A stretch of DNA of 64,000 bases from Lama guanicoe. Taxonomy: Eukaryota. The stretch lies in contig MU054400.1 of assembly GCA_013239625.1 (NCBI GenBank), forward strand, positions 2,081,345 to 2,145,344, written 5' to 3'. Of this stretch, positions 22,701 to 35,408 are shown piece by piece. Position numbers and translations under genes: made by a program. Within the stretch, counting starts at the first letter, position 1; every line of letters starts with the position of its first letter. The notes under the pieces were generated by a model. It was not told the origin of the DNA. It saw only the letters and a program-made list of their open reading frames with translations, and did no database searches.

Positions 22701-24419
22701 TATCTAATAGATATATGTATATAACCCCCTCACTTAGGTATATGAAACTAAACAAATACAGAGTCTTTCATGATTAGAAGTGCTTACAGTCAACCCAAAT
22801 TGACTTGTGAATGTTCATGTAAAAGCGAAATGAAAATCTGGTATCACAGGTACTACAGAAGAATCCTTTCATTGGCTGGGCCAAGTAACCACCAATATAT
22901 TTCTCACTTTAAAATTCAGTGGCGGGAAAAACAGTTAAAATTTTTCAACACAAATACTGTTTTTCAGCTTCCAAAGAGGCTGAGTTGTGCCCTAGTGTCT
23001 GTGTAGTATGTGTTTCTAGTATCTGGAAGTATTTGTGAATTAAAAAAAAAAGAAAAAGAAAAAGAAAATCAGTGTAAAGAATATATCTAAGAGAACAGTG
23101 TACTTAGATTTTTGTTGTAAATACAGGCTGAATTTGATAATTAAATGAAAACTTTACAGGGTAGGTAGATTGGGTGTAGACCTATTTTTGTAGGTATTTA
23201 AATTCTAAAAAATATTTTACATAACAACTAGCTGTTTTTTAGAATGCTATACCTCTAATATCACCTATACAAACTAGTACAAAGAGGGAGGAAGAGGTGG
23301 AGGGAGGGAGAGAAGAGGAAGAGGGGGAGGAGGTGAGGGGGAAGGAGGAGGGGAAGGAGACGCATGTGTTATAGGCTGCTGGCCATTGAGGGGCAAAAAT
23401 AAGTATTTCAAAAGGAGTAGCTTCCCTTCTAAGTTGAAACTAGATCTATTGGATTTAGTGTACTAACCTCACATAAGGGAAGAAACAGGTCACATTGCAG
23501 TAAATGGGAAGAGAACATAGGCTTCACTGAAATGCAAATGGTGTTTTTTCTTTTACAGTTGGACTATTAGATCTATTTTACCACTTTATTCTTCAACACG
23601 GCCTTTATTTCAAAGTGCTCCAAAGGATAAATGCAAACCTTTCTGAATTTTATGATCAGGTTTTAAAACCGAAGACTTTGAAAGGAGAGACTGAGGCAAT
23701 AAGCATCTAAATGACTACTGACACAGACAAAAATGCAGTCTGGCTTTTCTGCATTCTTATCAGGTGTGCCTTCATATTAGACACCTGCTCACTGAGGGTG
23801 CTGCGTCTCACCACTATCTACGTGTCACTTCAGAAAAGTTATTATGGTATTTTCCATGTAGTGGGAAGACAATAAATGATGCTTCTCAATCTCAGATAAA
23901 TAAAGGAACAATAAACCGTAGGGGCCTTTATTATAAGCAGCTTGAGGGAATCTGGACAAAGAGAAAAGATATTCATTAAACACTGAAGACATTAGCTCCC
24001 CAAATCATGACATTCCAAATGGGGCAACTGCCTCCTACAAACAGAACAGTTTTCTTCTCTCCTGAATGCAGCAGTTGGAAGTAGAAATCAACTGCTGAGC
24101 AAGCTACCTAAAGAGCAGGGGGCTGTGTCGATGATTTTTCTTTTTCCTATTAACAACACTATCAGAAAATGTCAGGGACTTGGTCTAATGCATGCTGAGT
24201 GTTGTTATTCTTCTATATTTTCCCTGATCTTCAATTTTTTTATTTTCTAAGTTTTACGTCAGTTAACTTCTCTTGTTTGAGCAGCTTTCTTGTTTAAGGC
24301 TTAGGAAGTAACTGATTCTCTTGATATAACTGTTTGTCAAACATGTTAAGCTTCTCTAAAGGTAAGAAAGCCAATGAGAAAAAGTTTAAATTTATATTCA
24401 GAACTCCTAGTCTTTAAGA

Positions 24420-24623
24420 AGTAGTGTGCTGATAAACTGGTTGGGGTGAAGATGGAGGTGTTGATTTGTAGCTTTTATGTGTTGCCAACTTCCGCAGTGT
24501 AAATAGTCCCACCGTGACCATTTCAAGCTATCAATGCGATGTGGTATCATTGATTTCAGAGTTGGGAAGAGATGCACAGTCAGCTCTTAGGAGCCAGTAA
24601 AAGTCGTGACCGACACACCACTG
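24420..24623. mobile_element. MER63-like hAT element (a related copy at ~7254-7440)
   Basis: gtagtgtgctgataaa ... cacaccactg termini; shared gtgtaaata...ttcaagcta core. Confidence 0.62.
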
Positions 24624-25766
24624 TGATCTTAAGTCACTGATTACCACCCAACATATAGTATTTCCGTTTTTAGTACCTATGTTTTTTAAAGTGTACTGTA
24701 AAAATTTAGTGTTCAAAAATCCCGACAATATTTTTTAAATCACAAAAATGCAAAATGGACATTTAGAATCTTCCAGAACCCCAGATGCATATGTAAGTCG
24801 TTAAGAGGGAAATGCCTAGTTTCTTCCTAGAATTTAAAGTTATTTTTATATTAATCCCTTATCAGTCATATCATTTCCAAATATCTTCTCCCATTCAGTA
24901 GGCTCTTTTCATTTTGTCTATGGTTTACTTTGCTGTGCAGAAGCTTTTAAGTTTAATTAGATCCCATTTGTTTATTTTTGCTTTTACTTCCTTTACTTTG
25001 GGAGCTAGATCCAAAAAAATATTGCTGTGATTTCTGTCAAAGAGTGTTCTGCCTATGTTTTCTGGTAGATTTCACCAAACATTTAGAGAAGAGTTAACAC
25101 CTGTCTGTCTGAAACTATTCCAAAATTTTTGGGCTATTTTTAAATTTCATATGTATAATATCACACTATTTGTATCCTTTTCTATGTTCCTTCTTTCATT
25201 TAGTATTATGTTTAGCACATCCATCCATCATGTTTTGTTGTATAGGTGGGCCTTGTTAATACATTTCAGATGGATTTTCCCCTGTAGTTTTTTCCTATTA
25301 CAAACAGTGCTTCTATGAATATCCTCACACACATAAAATGTAACGTTCTCCAGGATACGTATATTTATGGGTGGATTATGGGGTCTGTGGGTCTACAGCT
25401 TTGCAAGATAATGACATAATATTGCTCAAGATGGCTGTAACAGTTTACACCCTAATCAAGTCTGTATTGAGAATTTTAATTACCACAAAATTTCACCAGC
25501 TCTTGTTATTATCAGACCTTTAGATTTTTTTTTTACCTTTTTGGGTAGAGATATAAATGGTTTATCATTGTAGTTTGAATTTAAATGAGGCTGAACACAT
25601 TTTTATGGGCTGTTTGGATTTTTGGATTTTACATGTTTTTTACTATTTGGTTTTAAGAGTCTGCTGGGGGTGTAAGGGTATTTCATTTTGGTTTTATTTC
25701 CTTTATTAATAAAGCTGATCAGCCTTTTAAATGTTTACTGGCTATGTGTGTATATACGTATGTTAT

Positions 25767-25777
25767 ACACACACACA

Positions 25778-25824
<47 letters not shown>
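25767..25824. repeat. Compound (CA)(TA)n-poly(T) repeat
   Basis: Direct reading. Confidence 0.88.
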
Positions 25825-25831
<7 letters not shown>

Positions 25832-25848
25832 TTGTGGTTGCTCTAAGA

Positions 25849-26029
25849 TAGTGTTTCCCAACTGGAGGTGATTATGCCTCTCACGGGACATTTGGGCAAT
25901 GTCCAAAGACATTTTTGGTTGTCACAACTACAGGAGGGGGCTGCTATTGGCATCTAATGGGTAGAGACCAAGGATGTTGTGAAACCTCCTACCATGCACA
26001 GGATAGTGCCCCGCTCCCAACAAGAATTA
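25849..26029. mobile_element. MER20-like hAT element
   Basis: gggacatttgggcaatgtccaaagacatttttggttgtcacaact...ggcatctaatgggtagagaccaaggatg. Confidence 0.8.
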
Positions 26030-26929
26030 GTATGATTACTCCTTCACTTGGATTTCATTTTGCCCTTTGATCTAGATCAACCGCACTTTTCTGTTTCTAG
26101 TTGCCTTGACTGCTGAAAATTCAGTACCTGATGTTCTCTCAGATAAATCTTGGTGACATTAATAAAGCACTTCACTTTTGGTGATAAATACCACTTTTAA
26201 GAGGTCAGACTGGAGCTACTCAACATTTTTTCACAAGATACAATAGGTCTGTTGCTAAAAGCAAAAAAAAAAAGGCAGTTATTATAAGAAAGTATTTGTG
26301 GTAACTTATTTTTGAAATATTTTCTTTATATAGTTTTAAATCTTTCTCCCACTTTGTATTTTAAGAGTGTGGTTCTTCAGACTGAATTCATCTTAATCAC
26401 AATGCCACAGTGAAAGCAATTCTAGCTCAAATGAAACTCCTTTAAGACACGCTTCTACATAAAGTTCTTTACTTAAGAGATGTTATAACAAATAATATTT
26501 GTGAGGGCAGTTTGCTTCATCCACAGGAGGGTTATATGGAACAGATACACTTTGTAGACTGCTGGTAATTTTTGTAATTAACTTATTCTTTAAACTTTGA
26601 AGTGCTTTTCCATCGCTTGACAATGGTAATTTCGAATCATTTGGTATCAGTATGCCAAGCAGGTAATAAAAGGTGGAGTTAAAAATGTCTGTGGAGTTTG
26701 TATAATTTAATTTCAATTTCCAACTGCTCATTGCTAGTTTATTAAAAATACTGCTTTCTGTATATCGACATACAAAGTATATTTCTTGTAGGAAGCATAT
26801 AGTTGGATCTTGCCTTTTGAAATAAGTATGACCATTTCTGTCTTTTCACTGCAGTATTTAGATCTGCTTGCATGTAATATGATTACTGATATGGTTAGGT
26901 ATTTACATAGGACTATTTTAAGTTGCTGA

Positions 26930-27681
26930 TCTCTTCAGGCCCCGTGTGTGGGCTGTGTGGGCCCTCCTCCTGTGGCAGGCTGCCTACTGCAGGCGGTCTG
27001 GTAGGAATGCCTGGCCCCTGGTCCAGCAGGTTGCCAGGCCCTGCTGTGTGGATTAGAGAGAGGATTCCAAAATAGCGCTTGCCAGCACCACTGTCCCTGT
27101 GGTAGAACAAGCTCCCCAAATGGCTGCCTCCAGTTTATGCCCCGGGGTGAGTCCCAGTTGCCACCTGCCTCTCTGGGAAGCTCTCCAAGATCAGCAAGTG
27201 GGTCTGACCCAGGCTCCTAATTACTGCCCCTGCCCTGGGTCTCAGAGCAGGTGAGATTTTGTGTGAGCCCTTCAGAGGAGTTTATTTCCTACGGCCCTCT
27301 GGCCCTCCTGAAAGTAATCCCCGCTGGTTTTAAAGCCAGACATTCTGGGGGCTTATCTTCCCCGTGAAGGAGTCCTGGGCTGGGAAGCCCGATGTGGGGC
27401 TGGGACCCCTCATTCCATGGGGAGAGTCCCTGCAATTGTAACTGTCCTCCTGTTTGTGAGTTACGCACCTGAGGAGGTGGGTTGTGACAGTACCACTTCT
27501 CTGCTCTTCCTACACGTGTTGCTGTGGTTCCTTCTTTGTATCTTTAGTTGTAGAAGGTATTTTCTGCTAGTCTTCAGGTCTTCTCATCAATATTTGCTCT
27601 GCAAATAGTTGTAGTTTTCGTGTGACTGTGGGAGGAAATGAGCTTAGGGTTTTCCCACTCCGCCATCTTGGCTACTCCCCC
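26930..27681 (-). mobile_element. L1-type 5' UTR (internal promoter) fragment
   Basis: Minus strand starts GGGGGAGTAGCCAAGATGGCGGAG (YY1 motif CAAGATGGCG, 27670-27661); GC-rich body. Confidence 0.7.
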
Positions 27682-27699
27682 TGAGTCTCTGAGGTCTTA

Positions 27700-28770
27700 A
27701 CAAAAGGGTCTTATAGAATAAATCCTTGAGCCCTTTATCTTACTTTACTGTTAGCTCCCTGGTTTCAATCTTTGTCCTTTATTATTTTCAGAACCTTTGG
27801 CAAGGAAAGCCTGTGTTTTGAGGTTTTATTCTTGAACACAGCAATTCCTGGCTCATTTTCATTTTCTTTAAATTCTGCTGAAGAACTGAAGAGTTTCATT
27901 AGTTCACCTCTATGTATTTTAGCTTAAGCAGTTACTAAAAAAAATATAACTTTCTATATTGTCTGAAAAACCTACCCAGTTAGATTTTCCTTCATTATAG
28001 TTTCTATTTTCCATGCTGCTATAGGCAACAGTGTTGCCAAACTTGGTCATTTCAAAACAAGAAGCCCCTTTTCTCCAGCTTCCAATTACATTTTCCTTCT
28101 TGTCTTTCAAGTTCTCACCAAAAGTCTCAAGTCCCTTCTATATTCATTAAAAAGCCCCCTTGGGGTCTTTCCACCTTCGGCCTGCTACCTGGTGCCAAAA
28201 CCAGTATCACGTGCTCTGAGGGTTTTATTATAGCATTACCTTTCTTCCAAGTAACAAATTTTGCTTTGCTTTTTCATTGCTGTGTAATGACTACTCTCAA
28301 ACTTAACAGCCTACCACAACAATTTGTTCTCTCTCACTGTGCTGCGGGTTGTCTGGGCAGTTACCACTCGTGATCTCTCATGCAGCTGGTCAGAATGCTG
28401 CTCAGGTTAGGGTCATATGAAGCCTTGCCTGGGATAGATGTCCAAAGTGCTTCACTTACATGGCCTATAGTTGCTGCTGGTTGTTGGTGAGGCTGAGGTC
28501 ATCAACCAGAGTACCTATAGGTGGCTTTCCATGTGACTTGAGTTTCTTACAGCATGGAGTCCCAAAGTGATTCCACATGGTAGCTGGCTTTCCCCAGAGG
28601 GAGTACTGCAAGAAGGCAGAAGTGGAAGTTGCCAGTCTCTTAAGGCCCACGCTTAAAAACAGGTAGTGTCATTTTACCGTCATCTATTGGCCAGAACAGT
28701 CACAGAGCCCACCAAGATTCAAGAGAAATCATAGATGCCACTTCTTGATAGAAGATAAATAATTCATGGA
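27700..28770 (-). mobile_element. Old MaLR (MLT1-type LTR ~28262-28770 plus adjacent internal fragment)
   Basis: cattgctgtgtaatgactactctcaaacttaacagc, acatggtagctggctttccccaga, cacagagcccaccaagattcaag motifs. Confidence 0.65.
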
Positions 28771-28817
28771 CACGTTAGAGGAAGGGGCAGTTAATAATGT
28801 TTGTGTGTGATGGATTT

Positions 28818-28852
28818 CACACACACACACACACACACATACACACTCACAC
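28818..28852. repeat. (CA)n microsatellite
   Basis: Direct reading, slightly interrupted. Confidence 0.9.
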
Positions 28853-31800
28853 ATTTTCCCTGAATTTGTTTTTGTTTTGCCGTTTAGCCTAATGGTGAAC
28901 CTGGCCAGCTACAGTTTTTAAATCATCTAGAGAACTGATTCACTGTAATATTCCATGATTAGCTGATATTATAACATTTAGAAATAAGCAGAAAAAAAGC
29001 TGGTTACTGTGACAAAAAATTAGCAAAAATATTTTGCTATTACATAAGTCTAAACGTTATCTAGTATGAGTAGCACTGTCCTTTACTGAAACCAAAAGAG
29101 ATGCCTTTATATATTATTTATATACTATTTCTTAGTATAGTACTGCTGCTCAGGTAACAACATAAAGATTATGCTTGGTGTGATTAAAATCATTGGCTCA
29201 AAATGAGCTACAGTGTTAAAGTAGAGTAATCTAAACTCTAATTGTTGACCATCTTCCTCCAACAATAGCTGGTTTAATTATAGGCCTTTAAATCAGTTAT
29301 GTTAAAACATCAACTCGGCCTCTGAACTCAAATGTTTGCACTATAAACTGGTGGGTATAGCTCCATTAAGGGAAATAGCAAAATAGAACTGATAGAATTT
29401 TTAGTTCCTTCTTTTCCAGGGATATGACAGAACAGCTTATTCAAACTTTTCTGTTTGAAAATGCTAAAATGTTGAAGGACTTCTTAAAACACTGAAGGCC
29501 TGACAAAGGAGGAGGTCAGCAAGTCAGTTACTCAAAGAAAATGAGAAAAGGAAATAAGCAGAAATACAGAAAGTCTGTCAGCCTGGAATTGAAAAAAAAA
29601 ATGCTGTGCTAGTACTAAGCTATTTAGAGGATATCTACTGAAAAACTAATGTGGCTGTAATATTGGATGAAATAGACTTTTAAAGCAAAATAACATACTA
29701 GTGATTGTCACTGTAAAAATTAAATCATCAGGAAGATAGAACAGTTTTTAAATTGTTAGTACTTCAAAAGCAGAACTGACACACACTTTTAAAAAGTAGA
29801 CAAATTCACAATCACTGTCAGATTTTAACATATCCTCTCAGTAACTGACAGAACAGAGGATAGAGATTAAAGATATATAAGATTTGAAGAAACGTGATCT
29901 AATTGGACATAGACTACTGCACCCAACAACTGCAGAACACATATTCTTTTTAAGCCCACACAAAACATACAGTTAGATCACATATTGTTGCATGAAGCAA
30001 ATCTTAACAAATTTCAAAGTATTGAAATCATAAAATGTTTACTTATCCCACATTTCATGTGCAGTTATATGTCATTTATATTGTAATAAAGTTGTGTTAT
30101 AAAAAACTAATTTTATATAAAACATTACAGTCAGTACCCATTATGTATATTGAGGTATTTAGAAGAAAACTATCTCTTCCTTAACAAATACATAATGGGG
30201 AGCATAGTGTATAAAATAATTTATACAATAAAATAACTCACATCTTAGTTTGTAATATGATTACAAAAAACTAATTTTGAAGAGATGTCACCAGAACAGT
30301 ATGACATGGTTAATGACAATAAAACTAATGTTCTAAAATTTTTCGAATGGGAAGTAAAACAAAGGAAATGTCAAGCTGGTTGATTAAAATTTTACAAGTT
30401 TTCTTGCAACAACACAGTCATTTTGATTCACAAAGCTACCTTCCCTGGTTTAGTTCAATTATAGTGAAGGGTTCTGGATTAAAAAGCAAAACTTCCATGT
30501 CTAGGAGATATTCTGTATTAATTAACACAATTTAGTTGAGCATGTCAATAAAATAAGTTTATACAACCTACTTCTGTATCAGCAAATCACTTAACACAAA
30601 TTCAAGCAAAAGTATTTTTCCAATTTTTTTCAATTACAAATAGCGGTACATTAGATAAAATTTGGGGGAAAAATAATTAACCTGTAATTCTCCATAATCC
30701 CTCATCCCAACACAAGCAGTTTTATTTTGTAATTTCTGTTTTCTAGTTTGTCCATATGCATATGTATTTTCACATTAGCTATAATGAATTTACAAGTTTG
30801 TATTTTGTTTTTATATTTAAACTATGTCCAATATATTCCATGTTTTTACATAGTTGCCCTAATTATACCTTTTTAAAGGCTGCATAATAAAAACTCCCCC
30901 TGATGCATTACATTAATTAGTCATTCAAGTTGGGTATTTGGGTTAGACACTGAAGCTGAACATCTGGGTTATCCCACGGTTCCTTTTTATACCTACTGTT
31001 ATACCTGTATAGATCTCTTAATGTTTATTCTTCTCTCAAACTGTTTTCTTAGGATAAATTAGCCAATATTGGGAATTAGTGGGTAAAAACATTTTTTGGT
31101 TTTGGCTCCAGAAACATATTACCATAGTGCTTTTCCAAAATGCAGAAACCAAAGTATAAGACTGCTAATAGCACATGTGGGTATCCACTTCATAACAACC
31201 ACACTAGCAGTGGATGTTAACTTCAAGAGAATAATATTTTAAATTAAATAAAACATTTACCCCAGGACCATCCCTCAATGATTTACAGTCTTTGGAGGAC
31301 CTGTTATTCACTTACCATCTTGTCTGTTGCTTCAGGACTTGTTCCTTCATGGAAGTTTACTAATGTCTGATCGTGAAATCATTTTATATTCCTTTTTAAA
31401 ATCATTAATATTCTTAAATTATTATATGGAAAGGGTGATAATTCCATTAACAAAGAACAGCATAATTTAGAATTAAATTACACATCAGAAAAGGTTGATA
31501 AGGAAACCAAATTACATAATGACAAGTAAACATCTAAATGGTGGTCTCTGAACTCAATCCCTCACTCCCATGCCCCAATCTCTTTTTTACCTTTATTGGC
31601 TCCTTTTTGTTTATGAACATAGTAAAAGTCTACTCAGTCCTGAATGTAAACAAACCAAATTCACTCAACCCTGTAGCCCCTTTAAGGCACCTTGGGGGCC
31701 CCTTATAACTAACAAAAGCTTAAGGAGTATAACTTTCTCCTCAGTGCCTTGCTCTGTGCCCTTGCAAAAGCTATTTTTGAAGGTGATTAACATGTCCTTT

Positions 31801-32113
31801 AGCTGTTAAATCCAGTAGTCTTTCCTCAGGCTCATAACCTAAGACCGCTCTGCAATACTCATAACCATGCCTCCCACCTTTCTCACCGCTCTGTTTCCTA
31901 CCATTCCCAAAGTCTGTACTCAGCAATATTTCTCTTCAAAAACCTTTTCCTTTGGGTTTGTCAACTATTTATACAACTTTATTGTAGACGGATCCCAAAT
32001 CTGTTAACTTCAGTCTTTCCTCAAAGGAATAGATCTATATCTCCAACTTCTTGGATTCTCTACCTTCAGATGCTCTGTAGGCAAATCCAATTTAACAAGT
32101 CAAAAGTCTTTTC

Positions 32114-32233
32114 AAAAGAATATGAAAACAAATGTACGTATGTATATGCATGACTGGGACATTTGCTGTACACCAGAAATCGACACATTGTAACCGACTG
32201 TACTTCAATTTAAATAGTTAATTAATTTTATTA
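32114..32233 (+). mobile_element. Severely 5'-truncated L1 3' tail
   Basis: gctgtacaccagaaatcgacacattgtaaccgactgtacttcaat; TSD AAAAGTC(T/A)TTTC at 32102-32113 and 32234-32245. Confidence 0.75.
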
Positions 32234-33614
32234 AAAAGTCATTTCTGTCCCTTTCCCCGACGTTAAGTCCTCCATCAGTGCACCCTACTAGTGGCCCTCT
32301 CATTCTCACTCTCATTTAGGCTTGAGATCTTGTTTTCACCTCTGATGTCCTTGTTCTTTTGTACACGTTTGCTAGATTCCACCCTGGGAATGTTTTTTAT
32401 TTCATTTTCTGAGTCCCACTGCTACCTCCCTAGTTCAGATCCTCTTTATCTCCTGTTTCTACTATTATAAAAGCTTCCTTGATATTTCCAAATTGATTCT
32501 TCTGTAATTTCCTATTATATCACTGTCATTTCAGTCTTCTTAAAGGACAACTTTGATTGCATCGCTTCGTCCATAAACGCTTAATGGTTCTCCCATGCTT
32601 ACCAAATTACGTATAGACTACTTAATCTGAAACTTAAGATGAAGAACAACTATCCCCAAACAACCTTTCTGTTTACCTCATTACTGCCTACGCTCCAGGC
32701 AAAATGAAGGCACTCAGTTTCACTCCTTGCTATCTTTCTGTATCCTGAACACACTGCTTTTCCTTCTTCCCTCTTTTTTTCTTTTTCTTTTTTGTTAAAT
32801 AACCTCCACCCCTTAAAACTTTGTGGCAAAGCTGCCTATTCTTTAAGAACCAATTTAAAATGTTACTTTTTTCAATAAGTAACACTTGACTTTCCTGAAC
32901 AAATATACTCTCTTCCATAAAATTGTTATGGAATCCACTGTATTCTGCCTTGAATTTCAGTTATTTATGTACTGTGCTCTTTTATTATTCATATTAGACT
33001 GAAAATAATTTGAAAGTAGAAACGGCATCTTACATAGCTTTCTACCCAATATTTTCACTAGCTATTCTCATTTGATACCCAATTTCATGCTGTTCAATCA
33101 TTTACTAATTATTTATTTTGAGCCAAGGTAATAAAACTAGGACCTGAACATAGCTCTGGTTCCTCTAGCTTTACTAACACACCATAGAAAATGTCAAAAA
33201 TCCCATAGAAGATGTCTAAAATATTTGATCCATTTAAATAACTTGCTATGTTGCCATAATCACTTTTTAAGTAATATATTACTAATGGAGTTTGAAGTAA
33301 TTAAAACAAATTGTCTAAGTTACCTCTTTGAAATAGTAAGATGCATTTTCTTCTGTACTCCAATAGCAATCTGAGTATATCAATATTATTATTTATTGGA
33401 ATATTTTATGAATAGTTCTTTACATTTCTGTTTTCTTCCAATTGTGGTCATATTTGCATCTCTAGAACTTAGCACAATGCCCAGCACATAATAAGCTATC
33501 GGTAATTTCACTGAACATTCAGAAAAGAATCTGAGTAATGATATTTATTAAAAAGGAATGCCTGATAAATCAATCTAACAGAAGAAATCACCAGCTGGTC
33601 ACTGATTGTCTTTT

Positions 33615-33748
33615 TTTTTTAATTTTTTTTGAGGGGGGAAGTAATTAGGTTATTTAATTATTTGTTTTAATGGCGGTACTAGGATTGGACCCAGGACCTC
33701 GTGCAAGATAAGCACGTGCTCTACCACTGAGCTATGCCCTCCCCCCCA
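33615..33748 (-). mobile_element. tRNA(Ala)-derived SINE, camelid vic-1-like
   Basis: Minus strand GGGGGAGGGCATAGCTCAGTGGTAGAGCAC...GGTCCAATCC (A and B boxes), A-rich tail, TSD GATTGTCTTTT at 33604-33614 and 33749-33759. Confidence 0.85.
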
Positions 33749-35113
33749 GATTGTCTTTTCTATCTCTAACTAAATAAAACTTTCCCTGTTGAAACTGAGA
33801 GAATGGTCTAGCAGTGACAGATTAATCCACAGTAGTGGCTACATCAATCAAGGGAAAAGAATTCAGGGGGGAAACAAAGTTATGAGTGCAGTACTCCAGA
33901 GAATACCCAATGTAAAAGAGGAAAATCAATGAAGTTTTCTACGTGCCCAGGTGATTTTAAGCCAATATACACACTAATAGAAAATGGCATATCTATTGAG
34001 TGTCTACCATGTACCAAGCACTGTGCTAGATGTTAGATAATGTACAAAATGGATAGTGTACTGGTAGATAATCAAAGATAAGTGATAATATACTGAGCGT
34101 TGGTAATTCAGTTCATTAACTGCTTGGATAACTGAATTATAATTGAAACTATTCAAGTTCTATTTAGCTTGTTCATATAAGACAGTATTACAAATTTGAT
34201 CTTGCTCATCACTGGGTTGAAAAATATGGTATCATGGATTACCAAATATATTGAATGAAATAATTAGGTTTTGATGGTACCTATTCTTAATCAAAGGTAA
34301 AATTAGGGAAAAACTACCTAAAGAGGCTTTACCACTTTATCAATTAAACAAATAATTCTTTAACATCTACTCTGTGCCAGAGAGAACTAAGTGTTATGTG
34401 TAAGTCACAATTCTTTGCTAAGTTCATGTAACTTCATGGAAGAAGCCAAACATATAGGCAATGCTGACATTTTTTCTTAAAGACTCATGAAGTGGAGTCT
34501 TTCAGTTAATGCTTGTTTTGGGGGCAAGACCTTTATCTTTGTCATAAAACAAACAAACAAAATCCTCTGTATTTTAATGAATCATATTTGTATTTCATTG
34601 ACTACACTAAAAAAAAATCCCATAAATGCTGACTATTCTAGTAATTGATTACACCAGTGAAAAATATCTCATTCATTCCTCCCTCACATCACTGCTCTTC
34701 CTATTCTGTGTGTCTAATTTCTGTCCTCTAACCAGACTGTTCTTTAAACAAATACTTCAGCCTAGATTTTGTTCATTCTGCCTGGAATGCCTCTCGAAAA
34801 ATTTACAAAAAAGGCATCCACCTTACGAAAACTGTCTCATGCAAGTTTTTTCAATTTCCAAACAATGTGATATCACACTCTTATATGTATAGTAATTATT
34901 TTTGCTGTTGTCATTACCTATGCCCCACCTTCTACTTCCCCTGAGCATAAGCAATCTGAGGATATCTTCTGTGTTTGTAGGGTTTCACATGCAGAAAGTG
35001 CTGAGTAAATATTCACTAAGCTTAAATCCATTAATTGTGCTATATGCAAAAATACTTTCACATTGTTTCTGAAATTTAAAAAGTCAAACATATTAATGGA
35101 AGAGTAAATTAAT

Positions 35114-35119
35114 TTTATT
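35114..35119 (-). terminator. Likely GKAP1 polyadenylation signal AATAAA (3' UTR ~260 nt)
   Basis: TTTATT on + strand, ~240 nt after the stop; first canonical hexamer seen downstream of it. Confidence 0.65.
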
Positions 35120-35360
35120 GACTGATGAAAAACTAAAGTGATAAGAAGTATGAATAGTAATAATAATCACTGAGTTCTGCTGGAATTCTATTTCTCTTCT
35201 TTTCACTTTAAGCCAAAAATTATAGACTGTTAGTGAGCTAATCATTTAGGTTTCTTCAACAAAAACTGCATAGTTTAGCAATTGTACAGCATTAAATATA
35301 CACATTTTTGCAAAACCCTGAAAGTTTTAATTTTTGTGTTGACCTCAAAGGCTAATGGAA

Positions 35361-35408
35361 TCACCTACACTGGTCGGATTCAGAGTTTCTTTTCCCTTTT
35401 CTGCCACC
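35361..35408 (-). CDS. GKAP1: GKAP1 last exon, coding part (GGRKGKRNSESDQCR*)
   Basis: Acceptor ttttctttacag; matches the recalled GKAP1 C-terminus; TGA at 35363-35361. Confidence 0.95.
   Translation of the reverse strand, partial: GGRKGKRNSESDQCR

Noticed and set aside
23559..23710. Plus-strand acceptor (ttttcttttacag) followed by ~50 open codons
   Set aside because: No recognisable protein similarity and a weak donor; could be a lncRNA exon but cannot be supported
31309..31392. Exon-like segment with a strong ATG|GTAAGT donor downstream of the GKAP1 poly(A) site
   Set aside because: Weak acceptor, stops in the two frames examined, no recognisable homology; not supportable without RNA data
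33672..33747. tRNA-Ala gene
   Set aside because: Has an A-rich tail and TSD, and degenerate stems and B box; it is a SINE
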